Below, piece after piece: positions 1 to 8,535 of a stretch of 64,000 nucleotides of DNA; the first letter of the stretch is position 1; each line of letters begins with the position of its first letter. Source of the stretch: Candidatus Saccharimonadota bacterium (lineage in GTDB: Bacteria > Patescibacteriota > Saccharimonadia > Saccharimonadales > Saccharimonadaceae); contig JAFRKC010000003.1 of assembly GCA_017431955.1 (NCBI GenBank), positions 3,299 through 67,298 on the forward strand, read 5' to 3'. The translations under genes were made by a program, and so were the position numbers. The notes under the pieces were generated by a model, which worked only from the letters and a program-made list of their open reading frames with translations, made no database searches and was not told the DNA's origin.

Positions 1-2568
1 AGTTTTACCTCTCATGCCTTGGGCCCAGTCAGAGAACGATCTATTAGATTTCTTGTAGCTCGTGTCATTTGCTATACTATTGACTACTCTCGCCGTAGCA
101 GCGTTATCCATATCTAGACCACCTTTATCTAGTGCTGTGATGATTGCTTGCCTGCCGGCATCAGTGCCTTTAAGAGTATTATATAAGGCCATTGCCTTAT
201 TAGAATCTCCGCGTACAAGAGATTGTCTAAACGCCTTACCAAGATCACCAAGGTCGCCATTTTTTTCTAAGGCCTGGCTGTTGGAGCTAACTTTCTGAAT
301 ATTACCGTTTTCATCCGTATATTCAAAAGTGCCGTTTCTAAGGGCAGCTTCGGCATTTTTAACGCCTTCGTCAAACTCTTTTTCTTCCAGCGCCGCGGCC
401 CTGTTCTTCCTATATTCCTCATTATTCCATTTGCTGAGATCGCCCTGTTTATCCCTTAATTGCGCAGCGGCGAGGTTGCCTCTAGCAATTCTATTACTTA
501 GCCCCGTCTTTTTGCCGAATGTAGTGCGAGAAAGTTTATCCCTAATACCGCCTTCTTTTACGGCCGCTGAGCGAATTTTGGCGTTTTGGTAGCCTTCTGA
601 CTTACGAATTGCAGTGGTAGCTTTGCCACCGAGATTCTTGCCAAGACCAGAGAGTTTGGCGCCAACACTACCGAGGGCAGCAAATGCGCCTTTGAGAAGT
701 GTTGGGATAAAGAAAATTGGGATAATTTTAATAGCTAGAGCAGACAAGACTAGGAAAAACTTGGTTGAATCGGTAATATCGCTGGCAGCCACAGATGTAC
801 CGTTGAGTATGATTGTAGACGCAAGAGTGCCACCACCCATCACAAAGCCACAGATTGGATATAGAAGCACCATAGCTTTGAAAACTTTAAACCATTTATC
901 AAAGACTTTTTTAGTGTTTGGTAGAGCATATAATAGAAACGCTACTGGAGACACAACCACGAGAAGAATAACCAATGCTTTACGAGCAGCAAGCAAGAAG
1001 AAAGCAAAGAATATTGAAATTATCGCACTCAGTAATCCTAATAGAAGTGGAAGCAAAAGCGCCCAAATACCACCAGAGAGAATAGTAATACTTGCTACTG
1101 CAGCGCTTCCAATCCCCAACGCCCCAGCTATGCCAGCGATCATTCCTCCCATTCCTGGCACGCCAGAACCACCAGCAATGGTAGAGGCTATAGTATCTAG
1201 CAGCTCCCTGCCGCTGTTGCCAGCTATATTTGAAACATCAACTATCGCTTGGCAAATTATGTATGACAAATTGACCAACAGCGCTGTTACAATAATTTTT
1301 GGCAATGTCTTTTTAATACCATAATTGTCTATACCTACGCCGGTAAGTTGAGAGAACACTATTGCTAGTAGCAAAACAACAAATCCGATATTAGCAAGAT
1401 CCCTAAACAAACTCCACGCACCTTCAGTGCTCGCGTCTCCATTTCCTAGCAACTCTGGCTCAACTTTAAGATAGTCTTCCACCATTTTTTCATATGCTGT
1501 TTCGGTAAAGCTTTCCATAGAGTCTCCAGTTGGACAGGCTATCCATCCAAGAGAACCAGCTTCGCTGAGACAGGTTTTATCGGTGGAAGAAGAGTCAGAA
1601 TCCGTTGGGCTGCCTGGTGCGGTAGGAGACGGACTACCTGGTGCAGTGGAGCCACTGCCTTCCATGTATTCTTTAAATGCTTTTTGAGAATCGCCGTGAT
1701 CTAAAGCCTTAGCCATATATTCACAAGTTTGTGCATTGCCTTCATAAAGCCAAATGCCATCTGTAGGCTTTATGTTCGAATGTCTTTGTTGGAAATGATA
1801 TTCTTTAAAGCCTCCGCTAGCATCATCCCATAAATTGATAGTGTATACACCGCCGCTTGTTGGCTCATTGAGATCAGCACAGGCGGAAAAGAACGCATCG
1901 TGATATACAAAATACATCTCTAGATTAGTAAAGCTAGATATACTACCACCTGGTGGATTACCACCAAAAGTTTTTAGTCTGACTATGGAATCGAGGTAAT
2001 TAGTATTCGTTTTCTCTATTACATAGGCATTCCCGCTGCTATCATTAGCGTGGTCGTATATTTGCCCACAAGACCTTCCACTACCAGCTTTCGCCCTATA
2101 AAGGCCAGCTGACCCATCTACATCCAATCCACACATAAGCTCTTTTTGTGTAAAATTCATATCATGAGACATTAAAAACTCGGTTTGAGCTATCTTGCCG
2201 TGTTCAGAATCACATACGAACGACCCATTATCTGAAGTAGCTAATTTATTCTTCACTTCGTATTCAAGCCAAAAGCCGTGGGCTAAAGCCGCACTACCAG
2301 GATTATATAACGATCTCTCATTGTTAACTATATTATTTAATTCCCCAAAGCTTTTACTACCATTCAGATCACCCCAAATGGAATTATTACACCTTTTAAG
2401 AGCTAGGTAGTATACTTTCTGTCTTGCCGTGGTTTGGTTTCCTTGGCTTGCGTCAGCATTAGCAGTATTATGGGTGCAAAGACTAAAAATAACGGATGAG
2501 AGAATTAAGGTGATAACTGCGCCTACTTTGACTGTCGCTTTAAGTTTTTTGCTAAATATCTTATTCAT
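1..2568 (-). CDS. CPR-type VirB6/TrbL-like multi-pass membrane protein (T4SS/pilus-associated); 3' end runs off the window
   Basis: Absent from the ORF track because it is open to the edge. Manual translation from ATG 2568 (MNKIFSKKLKATVKVG...) gives a signal-like N-terminus, a Cys-containing extracellular part, then WSLFRDLANIGFVVLLLAIVFSQLTGVGIDNYGIKKTLPKIIVTALLVNLSYIICQAIVDVSNIAG and many TM segments. Start overlaps the upstream stop by 8 nt. Confidence 0.8.
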   Translation of the reverse strand, partial: MNKIFSKKLKATVKVGAVITLILSSVIFSLCTHNTANADASQGNQTTARQKVYYLALKRCNNSIWGDLNGSKSFGELNNIVNNERSLYNPGSAALAHGFWLEYEVKNKLATSDNGSFVCDSEHGKIAQTEFLMSHDMNFTQKELMCGLDVDGSAGLYRAKAGSGRSCGQIYDHANDSSGNAYVIEKTNTNYLDSIVRLKTFGGNPPGGSISSFTNLEMYFVYHDAFFSACADLNEPTSGGVYTINLWDDASGGFKEYHFQQRHSNIKPTDGIWLYEGNAQTCEYMAKALDHGDSQKAFKEYMEGSGSTAPGSPSPTAPGSPTDSDSSSTDKTCLSEAGSLGWIACPTGDSMESFTETAYEKMVEDYLKVEPELLGNGDASTEGAWSLFRDLANIGFVVLLLAIVFSQLTGVGIDNYGIKKTLPKIIVTALLVNLSYIICQAIVDVSNIAGNSGRELLDTIASTIAGGSGVPGMGGMIAGIAGALGIGSAAVASITILSGGIWALLLPLLLGLLSAIISIFFAFFLLAARKALVILLVVVSPVAFLLYALPNTKKVFDKWFKVFKAMVLLYPICGFVMGGGTLASTIILNGTSVAASDITDSTKFFLVLSALAIKIIPIFFIPTLLKGAFAALGSVGAKLSGLGKNLGGKATTAIRKSEGYQNAKIRSAAVKEGGIRDKLSRTTFGKKTGLSNRIARGNLAAAQLRDKQGDLSKWNNEEYRKNRAAALEEKEFDEGVKNAEAALRNGTFEYTDENGNIQKVSSNSQALEKNGDLGDLGKAFRQSLVRGDSNKAMALYNTLKGTDAGRQAIITALDKGGLDMDNAATARVVNSIANDTSYKKSNRSFSDWAQGMRGKT

Positions 2569-3526
2569 TTTTCTCGCTTTCGTTCTGTTCTTTTGGTTTT
2601 GTTTCATTCATGATATATTCGAGTTTGGTTAGGGCTTCATCTTTAGAATCGACGTTTATGGTTCCGAAATAATTAGCCAGAGAATTAGCAATATCCCTTA
2701 GGAGTTCCATGGTGGACTCGTCTACAGATTCTGGCATTTGTAATTCTCCACCTCCAAAAACAACCTGGATATCGTCTTTGCAAGCAAGCTGATTGTATTT
2801 CTGAGCAATAGAAGCAAGTTTTTTGTCTGAGCTATTTAACAATTCTTGAGTTTCTGGACTAGAAACGCAACCAATATATTGCCAATTCTCGACGCTATGA
2901 ATCGGGCTAATAAAGGCTTCGTTTAATTTGGTCATTATCTCGGAATTTTTTTTGATAGCTTCTAGATTAGCTTGGGTACTGCCGATTATGAAATCAATAT
3001 CTGATTCATATTTCCCTAATTTCTCGGCAATGTCTTTAGATTCTTGAAGTGAGTCTAATAAAAAGGCGCTGATATTGAAAGTTATGTCATATGATTCTGG
3101 GTAATAGAAAAGTATACTTTCTGGATGTTGCACCAGATTACCGCTAGTTGGGTTTAACCCAATTACGTCATTATACGAACTAATAACATATGAGTATTCG
3201 CTATGAATAGCTGATACGCTTTGATATAATTTAGTTTTTTGTTCGGAGTTTGCTTCTGGGCTTCTACTGAAAAGTGGGAGCATGACGAGCAAAGCGATAA
3301 CTGCTACAACGGCAACAATGCCGACGATGATAATCGGTTTTTTGGAGCGGGTTTTGCCGCCGGAGTAATAATCGTTACTTGGTTGCAAAACGATATCGCT
3401 ACCTCTAGAAAATGGGTTTTTAGGACCAGAGCCGGTAGGCGCTGGGGCCATTGGGGGTTCTTCGGGAGCAGGGCCGGCCGAGAAAATCGGGCCAGGCGTA
3501 CCAGATTGGTTTTGCGTTGGATCCAT
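2561..3526 (-). CDS. Hypothetical single-pass membrane protein (Pro-rich N-terminus, TM at ~aa 65-87, helical ectodomain)
   Basis: 321-aa ORF; TATAAT 9 nt before ATG; stop overlaps the start of the VirB6-like gene. Confidence 0.75.
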   Translation of the reverse strand: MDPTQNQSGTPGPIFSAGPAPEEPPMAPAPTGSGPKNPFSRGSDIVLQPSNDYYSGGKTRSKKPIIIVGIVAVVAVIALLVMLPLFSRSPEANSEQKTKLYQSVSAIHSEYSYVISSYNDVIGLNPTSGNLVQHPESILFYYPESYDITFNISAFLLDSLQESKDIAEKLGKYESDIDFIIGSTQANLEAIKKNSEIMTKLNEAFISPIHSVENWQYIGCVSSPETQELLNSSDKKLASIAQKYNQLACKDDIQVVFGGGELQMPESVDESTMELLRDIANSLANYFGTINVDSKDEALTKLEYIMNETKPKEQNESEKNE

Positions 3527-3576
3527 GTTGTTTTAATTATAACATAAGCTCTTTAAAATCAACATATTTTTGACAA

Positions 3577-3607
3577 CAAGAATCCCCACATAAAGTGGGG
3601 ATTCTTG
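3577..3607 (-). terminator. Intrinsic terminator hairpin after the DUF11 gene
   Basis: CAAGAATCCCCAC-ataaa-GTGGGGATTCTTG, perfect 13-bp stem. Confidence 0.7.
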
Positions 3608-3638
3608 CTTTGCCAACCCTTTTCGTGGAGCAGACAAA

Positions 3639-4883
3639 TTACATTAACTTTTTGCGGCTAGCAATGTAGTAACCAGCGGCAGTGGTTAGAGAACCAAAAC
3701 CGATAACGGCACCAAGCACAGAAGCAGGACCAGTAGATGGAAGTTCTTCTTGTGGGGTGACATTACTACAGGCAATGTTGACTAAAACGTCAGCAGAATC
3801 TTGGATGGTTTTGTCAGCAACGCCAACTTGTCCCCAGTTGACCAACTTATTTTGACCACAAGCAAGGTTTTTGTTGACAACTCTAGCGCTGAAGATGATA
3901 TAACCATCACCATCTTTAGCATAGCCACCGATGTTTACACCAGTAGTGGTGATAACATCATCACGGGCAATACCACTTGGGTTAGTTGCATTGTAAAGCA
4001 TAGTTGTACCTTCAACATATTCCATGTTGTTTGGCAAAATATCTTTAACCATGACATTTTCAGTTTCAGCATCAGTAGTGTTTTTGTAGTGAATACGATA
4101 TTCTACAGTATCACCAACCTTAGCATCAACAGATTCGCCCCAAGTTTTGCTACCTTTCATACGAACTTGTTTTTCTACTAGATAATCAGCAGATTTTTTA
4201 ACAAAGGTAGCTTTAACTTTGATGGTAACGTAAGAGGCATATTTGTAACAGCCAGGAATTTTACCATCTAAAGCGTCGTAACCAATTTTTACACCTTTTC
4301 TGGTGACAATGTCATCAGAAAGTTGAACACCACCATTGGCACCAATACCGTTATTTTCCAAGAGAGCAGAACCCTCGACGTAGTCAAGATAAAATTCGCT
4401 AGAGCTCTTGAAAACAACGTTGTCCCAGTAAGCGGTTGGAGTAGCGTTGGTAGAATCAATGAAACCGTTAACTTCTACAGAAGTACCAGTTTCGGTAGAA
4501 ACGTTAAATGAAGTAGTAACGTTTTCTGCAATAGCATCAGTGTCTTTTGGGTTATTGTTGTGTACGTAAAGACGTACGAGGTAGGTTTTGCCGTCTTCGA
4601 CAGTAATTTCATTACCGTTCCAGACATTGGCGGCACCGGCATTAATACCAGTGTCTTCGCGAGCGCCAACGAAGTTCTTTTCGTCACCGATCACGCTGTT
4701 TGAGATGGAGTTAAAGACGATTGTGTCGCCAAGAACACCTTGTTCAATTTGTTCGCGAGTATAACTTTCGCGACCACCCTTAGAGTTGTCGCCCCAAGCA
4801 AGAACTGCTACAGGAGCAAGATTAGCCCCGACGATAGCGGCAGCAGCAGCTATGCCGAGAGTAGTTTTAATAGCTTTTTTCAT
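3639..4883 (-). CDS. Secreted DUF11 (conserved repeat domain) surface protein with LPSTG-TM-basic C-terminal tail
   Basis: Signal peptide; VEKQV...KVGDTVEYRIHYKNT...VMVKDILPNNMEYVEGTT; ends LPSTG, hydrophobic stretch, RKK; SD AAGGAG. Confidence 0.8.
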   Translation of the reverse strand: MKKAIKTTLGIAAAAAIVGANLAPVAVLAWGDNSKGGRESYTREQIEQGVLGDTIVFNSISNSVIGDEKNFVGAREDTGINAGAANVWNGNEITVEDGKTYLVRLYVHNNNPKDTDAIAENVTTSFNVSTETGTSVEVNGFIDSTNATPTAYWDNVVFKSSSEFYLDYVEGSALLENNGIGANGGVQLSDDIVTRKGVKIGYDALDGKIPGCYKYASYVTIKVKATFVKKSADYLVEKQVRMKGSKTWGESVDAKVGDTVEYRIHYKNTTDAETENVMVKDILPNNMEYVEGTTMLYNATNPSGIARDDVITTTGVNIGGYAKDGDGYIIFSARVVNKNLACGQNKLVNWGQVGVADKTIQDSADVLVNIACSNVTPQEELPSTGPASVLGAVIGFGSLTTAAGYYIASRKKLM

Positions 4884-5020
4884 AAAAACTCCTTTTATAA
4901 TTAATATAAAAAATTATTAGGTTAATATTATTGATGCTATTTAACGTTTTTTGCTAGCCAATTTGTTAACTTTCGTCTGGGGTCCATAAAGCCGAATCAT
5001 CTCAGTTACAAAACTTGGTG

Positions 5021-5048
5021 CTCCCCAGCGGCCGAAGCCGCCGGGGGT
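5021..5048 (-). terminator. GC-rich hairpin (UUCG loop) after the 446-aa gene
   Basis: Minus strand CCCCGGCGGC-TTCG-GCCGCTGGGG; no clear U-tract. Confidence 0.55.
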
Positions 5049-5066
5049 ATTTGTTAGGTTGGGAGG

Positions 5067-6407
5067 TTAGTCCATGGAAAATGCACCATTCCCGCTACCA
5101 GCATTATTGCCGGGTTTGTCGTGGCTGTCGGTGACAGTCGGGATGGGATTGGTGGCAGGAGGAGTAGCGTTATCGAGATTGACATTGCCACCACCACTAC
5201 TAACGGTAGTATAAACTTTGGTCGTAGTGGCCTGGGTTGTGACTACGCGTTTAGTCGTCTGTTCGGGCGGACGCTGAGCTGTGGGCTGATAAGTTCCAGC
5301 ACCATCACTGGGTAGGTTCTTGCCGCCGCCAACTGGGGCGTTACCCTGATTGACAGGATCCTCTGCAGGATCTTTACGATAGGTGGTTTTTCTCTCTGTA
5401 GTTTTAGGCGTGGTATAGGTCACCGTAGGAACGGTGATCTTGGGGATAGTGATCTTGGGGATCGTAATGGTGATCTTGGGCACTGTTACCGTGCGAGTCG
5501 TGATAACCTTTTTGGTTGTTACCACCCTCTTGGTGGTGCCTTTGGTCGGAGTCGGGGTTCCACCGCTGCCACCTTTGCTGGTGGTTTTGGGCGCAGGAAC
5601 GTAATTCTTCAGGAGTTCAAAGCGACGATCGTGCATGTTAAATGCAATTTCAAAAACTTTGGTGCCATCCTTGCGGAAATACTTCAGAACAAAAGCATCC
5701 TTGTTTTCCTGTTTTTCACCCTTGATAGTACGGCGATCGTAGTCCTTCGCTTTGTCGTTCAAGCGGAAATTAAGCTCGGACTGTCTTGAGGAAATACCTA
5801 CTATGACCATGCGGTCGATAATAGTAGCGAGACCACAAGTGTACTCGCGATATTCCTCTGTTACATAATACTTGCCATCAGCACCGCATTTGAGCCATAT
5901 TTCTATGCCTCTGGTACCGATTTCAGTATTTTTGAAGGCGCGATCGGTTTTGGCAATAAAGTCATTAATCCAAGGATTAATGTCCGCCAGAGTGGTTTTG
6001 CCATCTGAGAGTTTAACCTCACAGAAGCCACGAGCGACCATGTCGCCAAAGATGGGGTTGCGTAGAATTTCCTCGCGGATTTCTGCGAGTTTCGCTTCGC
6101 CATCCTTTCCTTCTAAGGGGAAGGAAACGGCATCCGAGAAGCCGGCCGCCTTAGTGCGAGCGCGATCTTCTTTGGATAGCGAGTTCCAGAGAAGTTCCGT
6201 TGAAATGTTGTCGTATGCATGGCATTCGCCAAGATTAACAACAAATTTGGAGTCCTCCTCCTCAACGCTGAGAACAGCGTTTTGATCCGTGATAGTAGTT
6301 GTTTCAGTCACTTCGCCGCCGGCTTTTGTGTGAACAACTACGCCTGTGATACAGAGCGCAGTGACCAAAAGCGACGCGACAATGGCGATAACATTCTTTT
6401 TTGTCAT
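5067..6407 (-). CDS. Hypothetical secreted protein with Thr/Lys/Val/Pro-rich low-complexity C-terminal half
   Basis: 446-aa ORF, N-terminal signal, SD AAGGAGG, 4-nt overlap with the upstream gene; PKITITIPKITIPKITVPT repeats. Confidence 0.8.
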   Translation of the reverse strand: MTKKNVIAIVASLLVTALCITGVVVHTKAGGEVTETTTITDQNAVLSVEEEDSKFVVNLGECHAYDNISTELLWNSLSKEDRARTKAAGFSDAVSFPLEGKDGEAKLAEIREEILRNPIFGDMVARGFCEVKLSDGKTTLADINPWINDFIAKTDRAFKNTEIGTRGIEIWLKCGADGKYYVTEEYREYTCGLATIIDRMVIVGISSRQSELNFRLNDKAKDYDRRTIKGEKQENKDAFVLKYFRKDGTKVFEIAFNMHDRRFELLKNYVPAPKTTSKGGSGGTPTPTKGTTKRVVTTKKVITTRTVTVPKITITIPKITIPKITVPTVTYTTPKTTERKTTYRKDPAEDPVNQGNAPVGGGKNLPSDGAGTYQPTAQRPPEQTTKRVVTTQATTTKVYTTVSSGGGNVNLDNATPPATNPIPTVTDSHDKPGNNAGSGNGAFSMD

Positions 6408-6922
6408 TTTATCAGCACCTCCTTAACATAAATGCCTATGGCAATGACGGCCACGATAATGCAAATAACGGTGAAGATATTTGCTGCAACTTGTTTTCTT
6501 TCATCTTTAGCAGACGATCTAAGTCTGCCAATGGCGTAGATTGCTAACAGCTCCAGAATAGGAATTATTATCAACCACTTTACCTGACTCGTTCCATTGT
6601 CAATTTCCTTCGCTAAGCAAAGGATTGCAGTGACAGTAATTGGAAGAGCGGCAATGAATGCTACAATGGCTCCGTTGGCGTTAAAATTGTACACGCATAC
6701 CGCGACAATGAGACCAATTAGTATACCAATTGGGATCCAGGTCCATCCGACGAAGAGTAGGCCTAGATTCACGCCGACAAAGACGATCAAGCCGAATATC
6801 CATGATATTGGTGCTAGGGGTTGTGCCGTTTCCTCGCCCTTTGCTGGGGAGGTTGAAACGACCTCGCAGAATGCGATTCCACACACTAGCGAGAATAGAA
6901 TGTTAAAAATCGTATATCCCAT
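6404..6922 (-). CDS. Hypothetical polytopic membrane protein
   Basis: Start reassigned to ATG 6922 (MGYTIFNILF) after GGAGGG; about 6 hydrophobic segments. Confidence 0.75.
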   Translation of the reverse strand: MGYTIFNILFSLVCGIAFCEVVSTSPAKGEETAQPLAPISWIFGLIVFVGVNLGLLFVGWTWIPIGILIGLIVAVCVYNFNANGAIVAFIAALPITVTAILCLAKEIDNGTSQVKWLIIIPILELLAIYAIGRLRSSAKDERKQVAANIFTVICIIVAVIAIGIYVKEVLIK

Positions 6923-7261
6923 TTTTTCGAACCCTCCAAGTTCTCTTGTATTTTTTGAAAAATATATGAAAACAGGGGTTCGTCGGGCCCCCTGATTTAA
7001 AGAAATAAGGGGAAAACCTAAACAACCTAACAAAATTCCAGATACTGGTTTGTACCTGGGATGATTCGGTTTTTAATGACCTTTTGCATAGGTCTATAAC
7101 CACACCTATACAGACTACTTACATTGTATCATACTTTTGTAAAAATGTCAATGCTTTTATGGCAAAATCTTCTATAGTTTAACAGGGGTGGAGCCTAAAA
7201 ATCGGGTGTATTTTTGGCTATTTTTGCTCATTTTTAATGTTCTTATGCTTGATTTTTGTAT

Positions 7262-7292
7262 AAAAAATGCCCCGATATAAAATTGGGGCATT
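7262..7292 (-). terminator. Intrinsic terminator
   Basis: AATGCCCC...GGGGCATT stem with adjacent A-run (U-tract on minus), just after the 7309 stop. Confidence 0.65.
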
Positions 7293-7308
7293 CAAAGTGC
7301 GAGATGGA

Positions 7309-7689
7309 TTATCCTTTATCAGGCTGATAAGCATCAACCTGCGGGGGTGGAGGCGAAGGAATATTAGGGGGATTGTTGTGGAGTTCCCGCTTGGACGGGT
7401 AGCGTCCGAAGCCGGCTTCGAAATGCTTCTCGATATACTCTCGTGCTTCAGAGATGCTGCCTACTGTTTTTTCCACGGTACCGTGGGCGATAATAGATTT
7501 GGCAAATTCCTCGTCAAGGGAGAGTATGATGTAATCATACTCATTTTCCGGGAATTTGCACGGGATCGCCGTCGTAACAGGGGCGTTATCAAAAGCCAGC
7601 ATTTCAAACTGGCCAGTGGGGCGATGTTTCGCCATGACGATTATTTGGGGTCCGCGCATTAGTTTGCACCTCCTATTTTTGTCATACAA
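7309..7689 (-). CDS. Hypothetical protein
   Basis: 126-aa ORF overlapping the upstream zinc-ribbon gene and followed by a terminator. Confidence 0.6.
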   Translation of the reverse strand: MYDKNRRCKLMRGPQIIVMAKHRPTGQFEMLAFDNAPVTTAIPCKFPENEYDYIILSLDEEFAKSIIAHGTVEKTVGSISEAREYIEKHFEAGFGRYPSKRELHNNPPNIPSPPPPQVDAYQPDKG

Positions 7690-8177
7690 AACGGGCAGAA
7701 ATTATATCTGGACGACACGGTTTTGCCGCATGTGGGGCAAGTATACTCTGCGGGCTTGGGTTTAGGGCGACGCATGCCACAATAAGGGCAAGCAACAAAC
7801 TCTGCTGGGAGTTCTGATCTTTCCCTGCATGCTGGGTTCTTGCAAACCCAGGTTGAAGGTTTAGGCTTTTCCTTGGGTTCAGGTTTTTCTGCCGATTTCT
7901 TCTCTTCTACAGGCTTACTTTTGGGTTCGTCCTTTTTGGGCTCGTCCGGCTTTTTGTCGGGGCGTTTTTTACCACAATCGGGGCAGAATTCAGAAGTGAG
8001 CTCCTGATTGCAAGACGGGCATATCCATGAGGCACGTTCTGACATATCGAACCCGCAACGCGAGCAAAATGACGAGTCCAGGCCGATTACTTCTGCGCCA
8101 CATTTAGGACAAATGCGTATGTTTTTTGCTTCTTCCGGGTCTCTACCGAGGAAGAAATCACTGAAACTTCTGCTCAA
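7659..8177 (-). CDS. Multiple zinc-ribbon (double zinc ribbon-like) protein
   Basis: Eight CxxC-type knuckles (CPKC, CSRC, CPSC, CPDC, CKNPAC, CPYC, CPTC, CPFC) with a K/E/P linker; probable TTG start 8177 after AAGGAG; promoter TTGACT-N17-TAATAT upstream. Confidence 0.8.
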   Translation of the reverse strand: MSRSFSDFFLGRDPEEAKNIRICPKCGAEVIGLDSSFCSRCGFDMSERASWICPSCNQELTSEFCPDCGKKRPDKKPDEPKKDEPKSKPVEEKKSAEKPEPKEKPKPSTWVCKNPACRERSELPAEFVACPYCGMRRPKPKPAEYTCPTCGKTVSSRYNFCPFCMTKIGGAN

Positions 8178-8349
8178 AATGATCAACTCCTTTCAATTTT
8201 TTGAGCATAGAAATACGTACCCATTCCATCTTCTATTTATTAAGGTACTTCTTCTATATTAGCATATTTTTGCTAAAAAGTCAATATGATTTGCTAATTT
8301 TGTTTTGGAATCTGGGGAAAATATGTTATAATGGGTGACGTGGCGACAT

Positions 8350-8427
8350 GGTGGGATTAGCTCAGATGGTTAGAGCGTCTGATTGTGGTCCAGAAGGTCG
8401 TCGGTTCGATCCCGATATCCCACCCCA
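8350..8427 (+). tRNA. tRNA-His(GTG)
   Basis: G-1, acceptor GTGGGAT/ATCCCAC, anticodon loop TTGTGGT, GGTTCGATCC T-arm, encoded CCA. Confidence 0.95.
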
Positions 8428-8482
8428 CAGCATAATCGCCACTCATTAGAGATACGATATTCTCGAACCGGAGCTTCGCAAA

Positions 8483-8505
8483 CGGTTCGATCCCGATATC
8501 CCACC
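8483..8505 (+). repeat. 23-bp direct repeat of the tRNA-His 3' end (att-like)
   Basis: CGGTTCGATCCCGATATCCCACC at 8402-8424 and 8483-8505. Confidence 0.9.
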
Positions 8506-8535
8506 TCATATCGCGTTAATAAATAAGATTATTTT

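Noticed and set aside
62-2632. Plus-strand ORFs 62-298, 329-592, 614-1324, 2195-2410, 2429-2632
   Set aside because: They are antisense shadows of the long minus-strand VirB6-like ORF that runs off the window edge.
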